Of a stretch of DNA of 64,000 nt, positions 11,762-23,525 are shown one piece after another. A program made the translations under genes and the position numbers. The notes below the pieces were generated by a model. That model was given only the letters and a program-made list of their open reading frames with translations. It did not search any database and was not told the origin of the DNA. Source of the DNA: Mobula hypostoma (lineage: Eukaryota). The stretch is taken from positions 86,120,001-86,184,000 of the forward strand of contig NC_086097.1 in assembly GCF_963921235.1 (NCBI RefSeq), written 5' to 3'. Positions within the stretch are counted from its first letter, which is position 1. Each line of letters starts with the position of its first letter.

Positions 11762-12058
11762 GTCTAAAGTCAATATGCTTATTTGTGCTAACTAATACAA
11801 CTTCAGTGTAAACAATCATCTGAAGGCCATTAACCTGAAGTACTTGTGTTTCTCTACAGATGCTGCCTGATCTGCTGAACATCTGAGTCTTTTTCTGTTT
11901 TTATTTCAGGTTTCCATCACCTGCTTCTCATTTATCCCAGACATAGATGGCCAATTTAGCATTTAATGTTTAGTTAATTCCATAATGTGGTTTATTGTGT
12001 ATCTGACTATTTATTATGTATTATTTTTTACTGTAAATTTGACCATTCTACTTTAAAC

Positions 12059-13038
12059 ACTGTGGGTCCAACAGAGTGATCAGCAGCACTGGGGCTCCAC
12101 AGGGGACTGTCTTGTCTCCCTTTCTCTTCACCACTTACACCTCGGACTTCAACTACTGCACAGAGTCTTGTCATCTTCAGAAGTTTTCTGATGACTCTGC
12201 CATGGTTGGATGCATCAGCAAGGGAGATGAGGCTGAGTACAGGGCTACAGTAGGAAACTTTGTCACATGGTGTGAGCAGAATTATCTGCAGTTTAATGTG
12301 AAAAAGACTAAGGAGCTGGTGGTAGACCTGAGGAGAGCTAAGGTACCGGTGACCCCTGTTTCCATCCGGGGGGTCAGTGTGGACATGGTGGAGGATTACA
12401 AATACCTGGGGATACGAATTGACAATAAACTGGACTGGTCAAAGAGCACTGAGGCTGTCTACAAGAAGGGTCAGAGCTGTCTCTATTTCCTGAGGAGACT
12501 AAGGTCCTTTAACATCTGCCAGATGATGCTGAGGGTGTTCTACGAGTCTGTGGTAGCCAGTGCTATCATGTTTGCTGTTGTGTGCTGGGGCAGCAGGCTG
12601 AGGGTGGCAGACACCAACAGAATCAACAAACTCATTCGTAAGGCCAGTGATGTTGTGGGGATGGAACTGGACTCTCTGACGGTGGTGTCTGAAAAGAGGG
12701 TGCTGTCCAAGTTGCATGCCATCTTGGACAATGTCTCCCATCCTCTACATAATGTACTGGGTGGGCACAGGAGTACATTCAGCCAGAGACTCATTCCACC
12801 GAGATGCAACACAGAGCGTCATAGGAAATCATTCCTGCCTGTGGCCATTAAACTTTACAACTCCTCCCTTGGAGGGTCAGACACCCTGAGCCAATAGGCT
12901 GGTCCTGGACTTATTTCCTGGCATAATTTACATATTACTATTTAACTATTTATGGTTTTATTACTATTTAATTATTTATGGTGCAACTGTAACGAAAACC
13001 AATTTTCCCCGGGATCAATAAAGTATGACTATGACTAT
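12059..13038 (+). mobile_element. Young 5'-truncated Rex1/Babar-type LINE; open RT C-terminal frame 12076..12897
   Basis: STGAPQGTVLSPFLFTTYTSDF, KFSDDS, NVKKTKELVVD, YKYLG, LYFLRRLRSF, SHPLH, RKSFLPVAIKLYN uninterrupted over 273 aa; tail gggatcaataaagtatgactatgacta. Confidence 0.9.
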
Positions 13039-13147
13039 AAATAAGTTTAATTGTTTTAAAATGCATTAGGTTATTAGGGATTTAAAAACAATCTCTTCAA
13101 ATACCTCCCCACTTCGTCTAACAAAAAATAGTCACATTCTGTTAGCT

Positions 13148-13580
13148 TTCAAATTTCAAAGTTCAAAGTGCATTTACTATCAAAGTATGCATGCATTATA
13201 CAACCTTGAGGTTTGTCTCCTTACAGGCAGCCACAAAAAAACCCCAAAAGAACCTATTAAAAAACGACCAACAAATGCCCAACGCACAGAGAAAGAAAAC
13301 TAACAGAAATCCTGCAAACAATAAAAGCAAGCAACAGGTTTCAGGATGAAAGTAAGTCTACAGACATGAAACCTGGAGCAGTCGGAGCGAACCCACAGCT
13401 TCAGTCTTAGTGCAACGGGGAGCGGTGCAAACATCACAAGCCAACAAGCAGAACCTGTCCGACCCTCACCTCTGTCCCTACACCCTGCCCTTCCAATCCA
13501 TTTGGCCTGGTGTTTAAATCATCCAAGTGTCAGGTCCCTCTAAGACTCAGGCCCTGCTGCACTGATACATTCTAAGTTCC
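13148..13580 (-). mobile_element. Non-coding retroposon fragment with (CTTTGAA)n-type tail
   Basis: Begins ttcaaatttcaaagttcaaagtgcatttactatcaaagtatg, the reverse of the tail seen at 4250-4310 (atactttgataataaatgtaccttgaaccttga). Confidence 0.5.
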
Positions 13581-13859
13581 TAAATATTTCCAGGTATTGC
13601 AGGACCAGCAAAGCGACCTTTTGTGATTGTACATTGGGATATCAGATTCCTTTCCATCTTGTTCTCTGCTCTAGCACTATTTACATAATCCGCTTGAAAT
13701 TTATTTGTTCTACCGTAATTGAAAATGTCGCATTTTGCATGTAATATTCCATTTACCAGTTCATTTCCCATTTACATAAACTCCATTTGTAGCCTCTGTC
13801 TTCACAAAGTTATGTTATCTATAAATTTAGCAACCATGCCTTAGTCAAAGAGTGTATGA

Positions 13860-14940
13860 GTCAAATTTATTATTGAAGTACTTACTATTTGTCGCTATAT
13901 GCTACCCTGAGATTTGTTTCTTGCAGGCATTCAAAGGAAAATAAAGAAATGCCATGGAATATATGGCAAACTATTCACGAACAAAGGTTGTAGATGACTA
14001 ATGTGCAAAAGGAGGCAAATTGTGGAAATAAAAAAATAATGCTGAGGATATGAACTGTAGCGTCCTTGAAAGTGAGTCTGCTGGGTGTGACTTCAGTTCA
14101 CAGAGTTGAAGTGAGTAAAGTTATCGCAGCTGGTGCAGGAGCCTGATAGTTGTAGGGTAATAATTGTTCCTGAACCTCGTGGTGAGGGACCTAGGGCTGT
14201 GTACCTCCTTCCCAATAGCAGCAGTTTTTAAGAGAGTGTGGCCTGGATGGTGGGGGGTCCTTGATGATGGATGCTGCTTTCTTGTAAATGTGCTCAGTGG
14301 TTGGGAGGGTTTTGCCTGTGATGGACTGGGCTGTGTTCACAACTTTCTGCAGACTTTTCTGTTCCTGGGCCTTGGTGTTTCCATACCAGGGAATGATGTG
14401 GAGTCAGGTTACTCTCCACTTTGTATCGATAGAAGTCTGTTGAAGTTTTAGATGACCTGTACTTTGAAGAAAGTAGTGATGTTGTTGTGCCTTCTTTATG
14501 ATGGCACTTACTGCTGGTGCTAAGACAAATCCTCTGATATGATAATGCCAAGGAATTTAAAGTTACTGACCCTCTCCACCTCCAGTCCTATAGTGAGGAC
14601 TGGCTTATCGACCTCTGCCTTCTTTTTCCTGCAGTCAATAATCAGCTGTTTGTCACTATTTAATCAGGTTTTCAGTCTCCCTCCTATATGTCAATTCATC
14701 ACCACCTTTAATTTGACCAACAACAGTGGCATCAGTGAACTTAAATATGGCATTGGAGCTGTACTTAGCTACACAATCAAAAGTACAAAGCCTTGTGGTG
14801 CACCTGTACTGATGGCGATTGTGGAGAAGACGTTGTCGCCAATCCACATTTAACTGGGAGGTATAGGTCTTGAAGCTTAGTGTTACGTTTAGAAGGGATG
14901 ACATTGCTGAATACAGAGCTGTAGCCAATGAAGAGCATCC
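13860..14940 (-). mobile_element. Rex1/Babar-type LINE fragment, left part (host of the Gypsy element)
   Basis: Minus-strand DCVAKYSSNAIFKFTDATVVGQIKGGDE and TDFYRYKVES remnants; sequence colinear with the 7300-7790 copy. Confidence 0.75.
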
Positions 14941-15259
14941 TGTTATGATATGCACCCAGCCACGCCAGCTTCCGGAGTTTAGATGCTCTAACTCTCGGAA
15001 ATATGAAAAACTGGTGCAGCCCCTTTAAAGGTTTAGGCTGTCCCGCTGATTGGCGGCCATGTTTTTGCGCCAGGACTTTAATATTTAAAGAGCACCTGAA
15101 TTGAAGTTCAGTGCTCAAATGTCGGCTCAACTTTGGATTCTCGTCTAGGGTCTCGTTTAGAGCTCTGCCTTTTTTTCAGTCTCGTATTGTGTCTCAATTC
15201 AGGTATCAGATACTCCAGCACTTGAGTGCTTACCATCCTCGCCTAGGTCTCTTGCCACA
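14941..15259 (+). repeat. 5' LTR
   Basis: TGTTATGA..GGTCTCTTGCCACA; contains TATTTAAA at 15082-15089; direct repeat of 21827-22145. Confidence 0.9.
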
Positions 15260-17484
15260 ATACAATTGAACCTAACATGGATCAAGCAGGGCATTGGAAT
15301 CTTCTGTCAGCTGTGGCCAACCACAGCGAGACAATTTCAAGATAGAGCCTGGAGACACACAACCTCCAGGTCGCCGTGTGCCAACAATTGCAAGGGGAAA
15401 GCCAGCGTCACTTGGGTGAGGCTGTCGGTCGCTCTTCAGAGCAAGTATATCTCCCGACCCTGGAGAAATTCGGTGCTGACCCGTGTTCTTGCCACGGCTT
15501 CCTCTCTCAATGCCCATTGGTATTCGAACTCCAGCCGTCCTGGTTCCCTTCGGAGTGTGGAAAGGTGGCCTTCATGCTCTCTCTCTGGACCAGGAGAGCC
15601 CGGGCCTGGGCCACAGCACACTGGGAAGTTCGGAGATTTTCTCAGATTTGGAAGAATTCATGGCTGCTACGGGGAAGGTGTTCCATCATCCTGCCGGAGC
15701 AAACTGAGCTTCGGACTGTCTAATGAAGGTGCGTCAGGTCAGTCAACCAGCCACCGACTATGCTATTGGGTTTTGGCCTTTAGCCCAAGAGAGCAGCTGG
15801 AATGGGGAGGCCTTGGCCATTCTGTACTGCATGGACTCCGAGATGAACTAAAGGTAGAAGACTTAGAGGCTTAGACCCATCGACCAGTCCATCCTCCTCC
15901 ATAATCGTCTGGAGGAGCAAAGGTGGGATTATCTCAAGCGGTTGAAGAGGGCTAGCCTGAGCCCAGCCTCAAAGCATTGCAGCTCCACTCCCCAACCTCA
16001 GACAATGATCAGCCCACCTCGTGCTCAGGACCCTGTCAAGCCCATGCAAATCAGTTGCACAAGACTCTCCGCCGATGAGAGGTCCCAACATCAGAGTTGA
16101 GGATGCTGCTATTACTGTGAGGAAGCAGGTCACTGTGGGCCGAATGTCCAAAGCTGTAGCTATCGGAATAACTGCAAAGACCGAGCAGTGTCAGGAGGAC
16201 TGGAACGGCAGCAGTCGCTTCTCTCAACCCCATGGATTCTGCTGTCACACTGAAGGTGGAGATCTCCTGGGTTAAGAACCAACGAGAGGTGAATGCTTTT
16301 GTGGACTCTGGGTCTGCTGTTAATTCCCTGGACTTGGGGACCACTCTGCGGCTCAACATACTGCTGCCGGAGTTGAGTCGGCCCATGCCTGCAACTGTCC
16401 TGAATGGCTGTCTGCTTGGTTTCTGGGAAGATCTTGCAGCAGGCATTGGTTTTATGCCTGCGGATATTGGGACATGTGGAGGGTATTAGGCTCTATATCA
16501 TCAATTCTCCTCACAAAACCCTATATGGAATGCTCTCCATAAGTAAGTTTTCGTCTATTTGGAAAACGTTCTAATTTTCTCCAAGTCCATGGAGGAGAAC
16601 ATCGCCCATGTCAGAGATATCTTAAAGAGGCTTCTTGATCATGGACTTTATGTCAAGCTGGAGAAATCCAAATTTCACATAACCTCCATTTCATTTCTGG
16701 GTTTTATCATCTCGAATGGCAATCTCAAGCAGGGCCTACTAAGACACAGGTAGTCAAAGATTGTCCACAACCAGCCAATGTGAAACAAGTCCAACGATTC
16801 CTGGGATTTGCCAACTGTTATGAAAACTTCAGCTCAGTGGTGGCTCCACTCACAACACTAACCAAGAGATCCACGGGCCCTTTTGTTTGGACTACCAAAG
16901 CAGAGGCTGCTTTTGCAGATCTCAAACAGCAGTTTACAACAGGTCCCATTTTGGTTGCACCTAGCCTGGACCTTCCCTTCATCATGAGCATGGAGGTGGG
17001 ATGCCTCAGACGTTGGAATGTGTGAAGTGTTGTCTCAATAGACACTTTCAGACAGTAAACTGCACCTGTGTGCATTGTTCTTCAGGAGGCTTTCCCTGGC
17101 AGAGGTGAATTACAACATTGGAAAAAGAGATTTGCTTGTGGTCAAGTTGGCTCTGGAGGAATGGCATCACTGGCTTGAGGGGACCAAGAACCCTTTTATT
17201 GTACGAACAGACCTCAGAAACCTGGCTTATATTCAGGAGGCCAACAGACTGAATTCCAGGCAGGCTAGGTGCTCTCTTCGCTTCACCTACTTTAGATTCA
17301 TCCCGACCTACCGATCGGGGTCAAAAAATCAAAAACCGGATGCCTTGTCTCGTCAGTTCAATGAACCCGAAAGAGAGGAGCAGTTTACCACCATTTTCCC
17401 CTAAGCCAAGCTGATAGCGTCAATTGGTTGAGGAATCATCAAACGTTCACAAGGCCCAGGTGCAAAGGGAGGCTCTATCAGGTC

Positions 17485-17585
17485 ACAGACAAGATAAAAT
17501 CTGCAGATGCTGGAAATCTGAGCAACAGACACAAAATGCCGGAGGAACTCAACGGGTCAGGCAGCGTCTATGGAAAAGAGTACAG
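17485..17585 (-). mobile_element. Penelope-type terminal fragment inside Gypsy pol
   Basis: aaaatctgcagatgctggaaat..cacaaaatgccggaggaactc..tcaggcagcgtctatgg module. Confidence 0.7.
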
Positions 17586-19693
17586 ATTCTGTCAAGTGTT
17601 AGGTACTTCAGTAGGGATATGTATCAAGAATGACTGTTCACCCAGGGATTGCTAGGACTCCTGAGGTCATCAAGAGAAGACATTTAGTCTATGAGCCAGT
17701 AGGGTTGGTCAGTACCATCTGAGGGGAATAATGCTCTTAGTGATTTTTGGCAAGGTATACATCTCTAGAGTTAGAAAATATGTGATAGCATTGCACCAGT
17801 GGTAGTTTTATTACTTCAAATAAGTAATCACTTTTTGTATATATTCCATATTAACATCAGTACAGCAGAAAATGTTACCCCACTCCCCAAAAGGTGAAAA
17901 ACCTCATTTGGATAAATTTTTGGAGTTTTATCAATGTCATGATATTTTCCATATTGTTGTATCAAATCAAAACAATGTTAAGCTTTTGTCGTAGCATATA
18001 GAATTACAGTACAATAATTCAAATGCGGGGTTCCACACGGCCATAACCTAGGCACCATTTGGTTGTAAAATGAATATATTTAATCAAAGACTGCTTTCCA
18101 TACTTTCATAACCTATTAATGATCATAATAATTTTCCAAGTCTTCCACATTTTTATCTGAAATTTCCACACCCTCTGAGGTAGATGCCTGGTTCTCACAG
18201 TCCGCCAGTCTACACATGCCAGTACACCTGAGGCCATTTGCAACACACATACATCTTGGGAGTGAACATTTTTTTGGACAGTTACAGGCCAGTAGATCCA
18301 GGACGACATTGGGTACTGGCTGGCCTTTGATCCAGTGCACTACCAACTACTCAGCTTCCTCTTCTCTCTCTATCTTCCATCCTCTGCCAACAGGGCTTGG
18401 CACTTGTGGGTCCCTCTCCAAACATCTTCTCCATATACCAGCCTGGTAGTTGGCTCGCTGTGCATGTTTTGTTAAGCAGTCCTTGTATGGTGGGAGTTGA
18501 TGACTTGTGATTTCACCTTTTTTGGCACAAAAATGGTGATACCTGAGCTCATCGACTTTGGTGGTCGATGCTTTTGGGGCATACAGGAGACATGTAAATG
18601 CCTCCAGTCTGTCCATCAGTTCTGGGGAGAGATCCCATTCCTGACCCAACTCCAAGAATATGTTCTGAGTTTCCCTGTTGCTGGTCAGAAGTTTTAGGGC
18701 ACTCGTCTTCCTTTGCCTGCAAAAGCACTTACAGTGTTACATCCTATATATTCATGCAACCTGATGAGAGCCCTACAAACCTCTATGCCAACAGTGGCAG
18801 CAACCTTCCTGATGTCTACAAGCCTTGTATGGGTTCTAGTGCCACTCTTCTGGAACAATGGGGCCTCAATCTTGTCACAAAATGCTAAAGACATGATAAA
18901 GACATCTGTGTCTTCTGAGCAGATCACTACAGATTGGTATCCCTCTCTTGTGGCATGGGCAGCATGGAGAAGTAGGCGGCCATCTGCTTCTTCTTGTTTA
19001 CACTGAAGAGCTGACACCTCCTCACTGTCTTGAAATGTGATTCTGTAACATTTGTCATTCACAGTTGCATACAGAATCTTCTCCTGCAGCTTTGCTCTGT
19101 AGTCCACCTTCCTCCATTCATGGACTATGAAGCTAATGACACTATTTGTGTTACTGACTTTGGCCAGAAGCTCCTCCACTGCCTCACCGTCTGTGTGCCT
19201 GTGATACCTTGCAACTCATGACCAGTCTCTTCACCCCGTAGAGACCTTTCACTATTCTTGATAGAGTTCTCCTTGTATGTGTCGAACACAACATTAATTC
19301 TGCTACTCTGACTGCCTTCCCTCACAGCCATATCCAGAATTGTTGTGGCAACATCTCTGTAAGTAACTTGATCATCTTTCACTCTTTGGACCAAGTTCAT
19401 TCCATCAACCACTGTAGCAGAGTTTCCTGGGAGTTGCTTTTCTACTGCTACATTTTTCTGCAAAGTTGTGGCTTAAGTAGCTTTATTTGTCTTTCTCAGC
19501 AATCCTTCTGGTGCAGACAGGGCCCAGGGCAATGGTCCAAGGGGATGAAAAAGGATATCCTCCATATGTAGACTGTGCCCTTGTGCCATCACTATGATAC
19601 ATCCAAACAAAGACCTGTCTGCTTTCAAGATGATCGCCCTCCCATTTGATTTCACTTCTCTCTTCTTACACATATCACTGAATTTTTTCAGCT

Positions 19694-19900
19694 GTCCAGC
19701 TCTTGTCTCCATCCCTCCCCCTCCTGTCTTCTCCTATCAGTTTGGATCTCCTCCTCCCCCTCCCACTTTCAAATCTCTTACTAGCTCTTCTTTCAGTTAG
19801 TCCTGACAAAGGGTCTCGGCCCGAAACGTCGACTGTACCTCTTCCTAGAGATACTGCCTGGCCTGCTGCATTCACCAGCAACTTTGATGTGTGTTGAGTG
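19694..19900 (+). mobile_element. Penelope 3'/pLTR fragment inserted in the Academ-like ORF
   Basis: Pyrimidine-rich UTR plus terminal module; splits the host peptide KTNKLK/KFSDMCKK; flanked by ttttcagct at 19685-19693 and 19901-19909. Confidence 0.8.
19799..19834 (+). ncRNA. Minimal type I hammerhead ribozyme motif (Penelope-associated), core variant
   Basis: AGTC-CTGACAA-A-GGGTCtcGGCCC-GAAAC-GTC-GACT: stem I AGTC/GACT, stem II, GAAA box, GTC cleavage triplet. CTGANGA is altered to CTGACAA. Confidence 0.7.
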
Positions 19901-21826
19901 TTTTCAGCTTGTTGGTTTTCATTGAGTCATGGAATTTCTTTGTTGGTGGGTCTTCTCCTAGTCTCTCATCCTTGAAGGTTGCATAGCATTGCTCACCAAT
20001 CTCATATGCCTTCATCAGGTCGGAAGCAATGTCCTTGGGGGCTGCCTTTGCCGTAGAGATGCTAATGAGATACTGCTTCCCTGCAAATGGGTTGACCCAT
20101 TCATGTATGAGGCTAACCACTGCTGAAACTGCTTCCTCATCCTTCTGGATTCTTGGCCGCTGTAGCTCCTCATGACAAAGCTCTGATTTGTTGCCTTGCA
20201 CCATCTCCCTTAACTGTCCCAGGAATGCACTGTGGTGCTCAGCTGTTATGTAGTAATGCTTGATAGCTCCAGCATTCAGATAGAACCGTGATGTGCATCC
20301 GGGAGTCTGTGTGTCTTTGTTCACTGTGGCTTCCATAGCCTGGTCCACAGGGATCTGCCCAAAGGGTTGTTACTTGACAGCTGCACTGAGAATTGGTCTG
20401 TCTTGAAGGCCTCATACACAGAAGGATTCTTCTTTAGGAGGTTCATCATCTGAGCAAAGTAAGGGGACAGGTACCTGGCATAATTCATCTTATCATAGGC
20501 AAAGCACCATCGGATCATGGTTCTGATAGCATGGATGTGCAACTCCCAGTTCCCCTCACAGAAAGCTACCACCGCTGCAATGCTATCACATATTTTCTAG
20601 CACTAGGGGCGTATACCTTGCCAAAAATCACTGTAAGAATTATTCCCCCCAGATGGTACCGGTGGCCCAAATTTGGGGTCCTAGCTCATGGTGGCTTAGA
20701 CTGGTGAGAGATGTCCAACAATACGTGTAGGTATATGAGGTGAGCACCCGGAGTAAGAAGTCCCACACCCAACCTTAAGGGCTCCTTCACCCTCTATCTG
20801 TTCCGGAGAGACCATGGGCGCACGTCTCCATGGACTTTGTCACAGGTCTTCTGCCTTCCAAGGGAAAGACCGTCATCATGGTATTTGTAGATCATTTTAT
20901 GAAGGCCTGAAACTTCATAACCTTGGATAAACTACCATCTTCTGCAGAGATGGCTGAAATTATCCTGCATCAGGTCTTCAGGATTCATGGATTTCTGGTG
21001 GACATTGTGTCAGATTGTGGTCTGCAATGCTTTTGCAGGGCAATAGCAAATATTTCCTCTGTTGCCCCAATCAGCTAACAACGGTAAGACAGAATGGGTG
21101 AACGAAGGTTTGGAACGAACCCTAAGATGCCTGGCCTCAGAAAAACCAGACGAGTGGTGCGATCATTTGATGTGGGAGGAGATAGCTCACGAAACTAGAC
21201 AGCATTTGGCGCATGGGATATCTCAATTTGAATGCCAGTTTGGGTATTCTGTGCCACTACTCCCTGAGCAGGAGGCCAAAGATCTCGTCAGAAGCTGCAA
21301 GGAGAAATGGACTAGGGCAAGGGAGATTTTGTTGGCCTCTACTTCGAAGGCTGAAGTAAAGGCTAACTGCAAGAGAAGACAGGGACCAACTTTGCAGCTT
21401 GGGCACAGGTTTGGCTATCTTCTCAGGATTTGCCCCTCTGGGTAGAGTCTGGGAAGTTGGCACCCAAGTTCAAATTTCTCAAGAAATAAACCCAGAGGCT
21501 TACACCCTGCAGCTCCCAAGATCCTCAAATCAATCCCACTTTCCAGATTTCTAACTTAAAACATGCAAACACCAGCTCCTTAGCCCCACTATCAGACCCG
21601 CCATGACCCACGTTTATTGATGGGAATCAGATCTTTGCTGTAAGAAGAATTCTGGATTCACGAACTGTTAGGGGTCTTTGTCAGTTGCTCGTGGACTGGG
21701 AAGGACTTGAGGAATGGTGCTGGATGCTGGAAAGGGACATTTTGGATCCAGCTCTCATCCATGACTTCCATTATCACCTCTCCGAGCAGCCAGGGCCGCC
21801 GGAGTCGACCGTAGGGGAGAGGGCCC

Positions 21827-22145
21827 TGTTATGACAAGCACTCAACCATGCCAGCTTCCAGGATTTAGACACTCTTAACTCTCTGGAATGTGGATATCTG
21901 GAGAGGTCCCTTTAAAGATTCAGGCATCCTATTAATTGGCGGCCATGTTTTGGTACAATGATTTTAATATTTAAAGAGCACCTGAACTGGGGTTTGGTGG
22001 TCAATTATCAGCTCAACTTTGTATTCTCATCTAGCGTCTAGTTTAGAACCCTGTCTTGGTTTCAGTCTCGTATCCTGTCTTGATTCTAGTCTCAGATACT
22101 CCAGCATTTGAGTCCTAACCATCCTCGCCTAGGTCTCTTGTCACA
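21827..22145 (+). repeat. 3' LTR
   Basis: TGTTATGA..GGTCTCTTGTCACA, preceded by the purine tract AGGGGAGAGGG. Confidence 0.9.
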
Positions 22146-22310
22146 GTTCCAGAACTCAGTGGAGAGCCAATGAAATGGCATCTGCTTTTGACATGTGATT
22201 GTAGGTAAATTGGATCGGATCCAAGCCACTCCTCATGTTGGAGAAAATATATCAATGGTCAACCTCTCAAAGCACATCACACTGTGGATGCAAGTTCTAC
22301 TGGGGATATT
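22146..22310 (-). mobile_element. Rex1/Babar-type LINE fragment, right part (continues 13860-14940)
   Basis: gagagccaatgaaatggcatctgct..aacctctcaaagcacatc matches 7795-7905 of the other copy, just downstream of the sequence matching 14905-14940. Confidence 0.7.
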
Positions 22311-23199
22311 GGAGTCTTCACCCTTAATCATCTACATAATTTGTACAATATTGATAATCCAGTATCAATCCTTTTGGTGTACCACTTGTTACAGCTTGTC
22401 GATCAGAAAAAAATCATTTATGCCTACTCTTTGTAAGCTAGCCAATCTTCTATCCACACTACCTAAGAGTAAACAATACTGAAAACAGAGCATCAGACAA
22501 TGTTTGTGTAAATGGAATTTTAAAGTTAACAAGACCTTCTGTCAGGTGTCTGACCTGAAATGATAACCTGTTTCACTTTCCATAGATGCTGACTGACCAG
22601 CTAAGGGTTTCCAGAATTTTCTGTTTTTATTTCAGATCTCCAGCATCTGTGTTTTAATACTGATTTTCTATACACACTAAAATTATGGCTCCTATACCAT
22701 GAGCTTTTATTTTTTCCAATAATCTTTCATGCAGCATCTGGAAACTTAAGTGTAGTTAGTACATCCACCAGTTTCCATTGAACCACAACCCATATTACTT
22801 CAACAAAGAACTACAATGAGCTGCACAAGCATGATTTTCCTTTCACAAAACCACGTTCTCTTAGCCTGTTTGCCTTGTAAGTGTAATAACAGCTTTAATA
22901 ATGGATCATTTATTGTGTCTGCAGAGCCACTAACCTGCAGATGCAGATGTTAATTATGAAATTCACCTTTCCTTTGATAGACCAGCATAGAATTTGGTGA
23001 TTCCTGCTTTCTGCTTCTGTGACCCGGACTACCTGTACCTCAAGACAGTGGGAAAAAAATACCACAAAAAACTACCCCATAAAATCCTCCAAATCTACTG
23101 GAAGGATTAGAAAAACAACTTCATCATCCCAACAAGCTTTGGGACCCAAGTTACAGTCAGTTAGCTCCATTGGGCTGGCCATCTCATTTGCATGTTTGA

Positions 23200-23525
23200 C
23201 TCCAGTCTCCTGAAATCTCTTTTCTACGATGTGTCATGTGAAGAGAATACCAGGCAGACAGAGGACAAGGTACAATGATATGCTCAAAGCTTACTTGAAA
23301 CTGTGATCCTTAGGAGTGCTAAACTCTAACCACTCAGAGGTTCGGATGGTATTGAGAACCTTGAGGCAGAATGGCAGAAGGAGCACATGACCAGTCAGGC
23401 ATGGCTGCCTCATTTACGAAAGCATCTGTGCTTCCTACATTGGCCTCATCAGGTATGTCAGAACTCACAATACGCAATGGAAGCAAATCATCCTCAATCC
23501 AGAGGATCTTTCTAAGAAGGTGAAG
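23200..23525 (+). mobile_element. Old RTE-like 3' end remnant
   Basis: Decayed ..gacagaggacaaggtacaatgatatgctcaaagct.. (G.QR.RY.D.LK-like), finger-like remnant attggcctcatc..agaactcac, and tail gcaaatcatcctcaatccagaggat..aagaag. Confidence 0.45.

Larger units (their letters stand above)
18116..20572 (-). pseudogene. Disrupted transposase C-part + XPG/PIN-like nuclease + Cys8 (CXC-like) finger
   Basis: Successive frames: GNWELH..FAYDKMNYARY; DQAMEATVNKD; VVDGM..VVFDTY; EEADGRLLLHAAHA..SEDTDVF..GCNTVSAFAGKG; LPPYKDCLTKHAQRANYQAGIW..GRGW; CNCPKKC..CMC..C..C..C (8 Cys). Confidence 0.8.
17685..20689 (-). mobile_element. Academ-like (XPG-nuclease type) DNA transposon, internally deleted, about 125-bp TIRs
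   Basis: TIRs 17685-17809 and 20562-20689 share gtaccatctg..ggaataat..agtgatttttggcaaggtatac..tagaaaatatgtgatagcattgca; left end TAGTCTATGAGC. Coding remnants carry XPG/FEN1-like and Cys8 motifs. Confidence 0.78.
14941..22145 (+). mobile_element. Sushi/chromovirus-type Ty3/Gypsy retrotransposon, both LTRs present, coding region decayed
   Basis: 319-bp LTR pair TG..CA. Capsid LPTLEKFGADPCSCHGFLSQCPLVFELQPSWFPSECGKVAFMLSLWTRRARAWATA (PEG10/RTL1-like); protease AFVDSGSA; RT half LYVKLEKSKF..FLGF; RNase [26 protein letters not shown]; integrase remnants 20690-21600; chromodomain AVRRILDSR..LVDWEG (21640-21775); PPT 21811-21826. Confidence 0.92.

Noticed and set aside
15376..15723. Domesticated PEG10/RTL1-like gene
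   Set aside because: Flanked by LTRs, with frameshifts and stops throughout gag and pol; an ordinary decayed retrotransposon.
18116..18346. Tesmin/LIN54-like CXC host gene or XPG/FEN1 repair gene
   Set aside because: It lies between TIRs, is intronless and disrupted, and is fused to transposon-type motifs.
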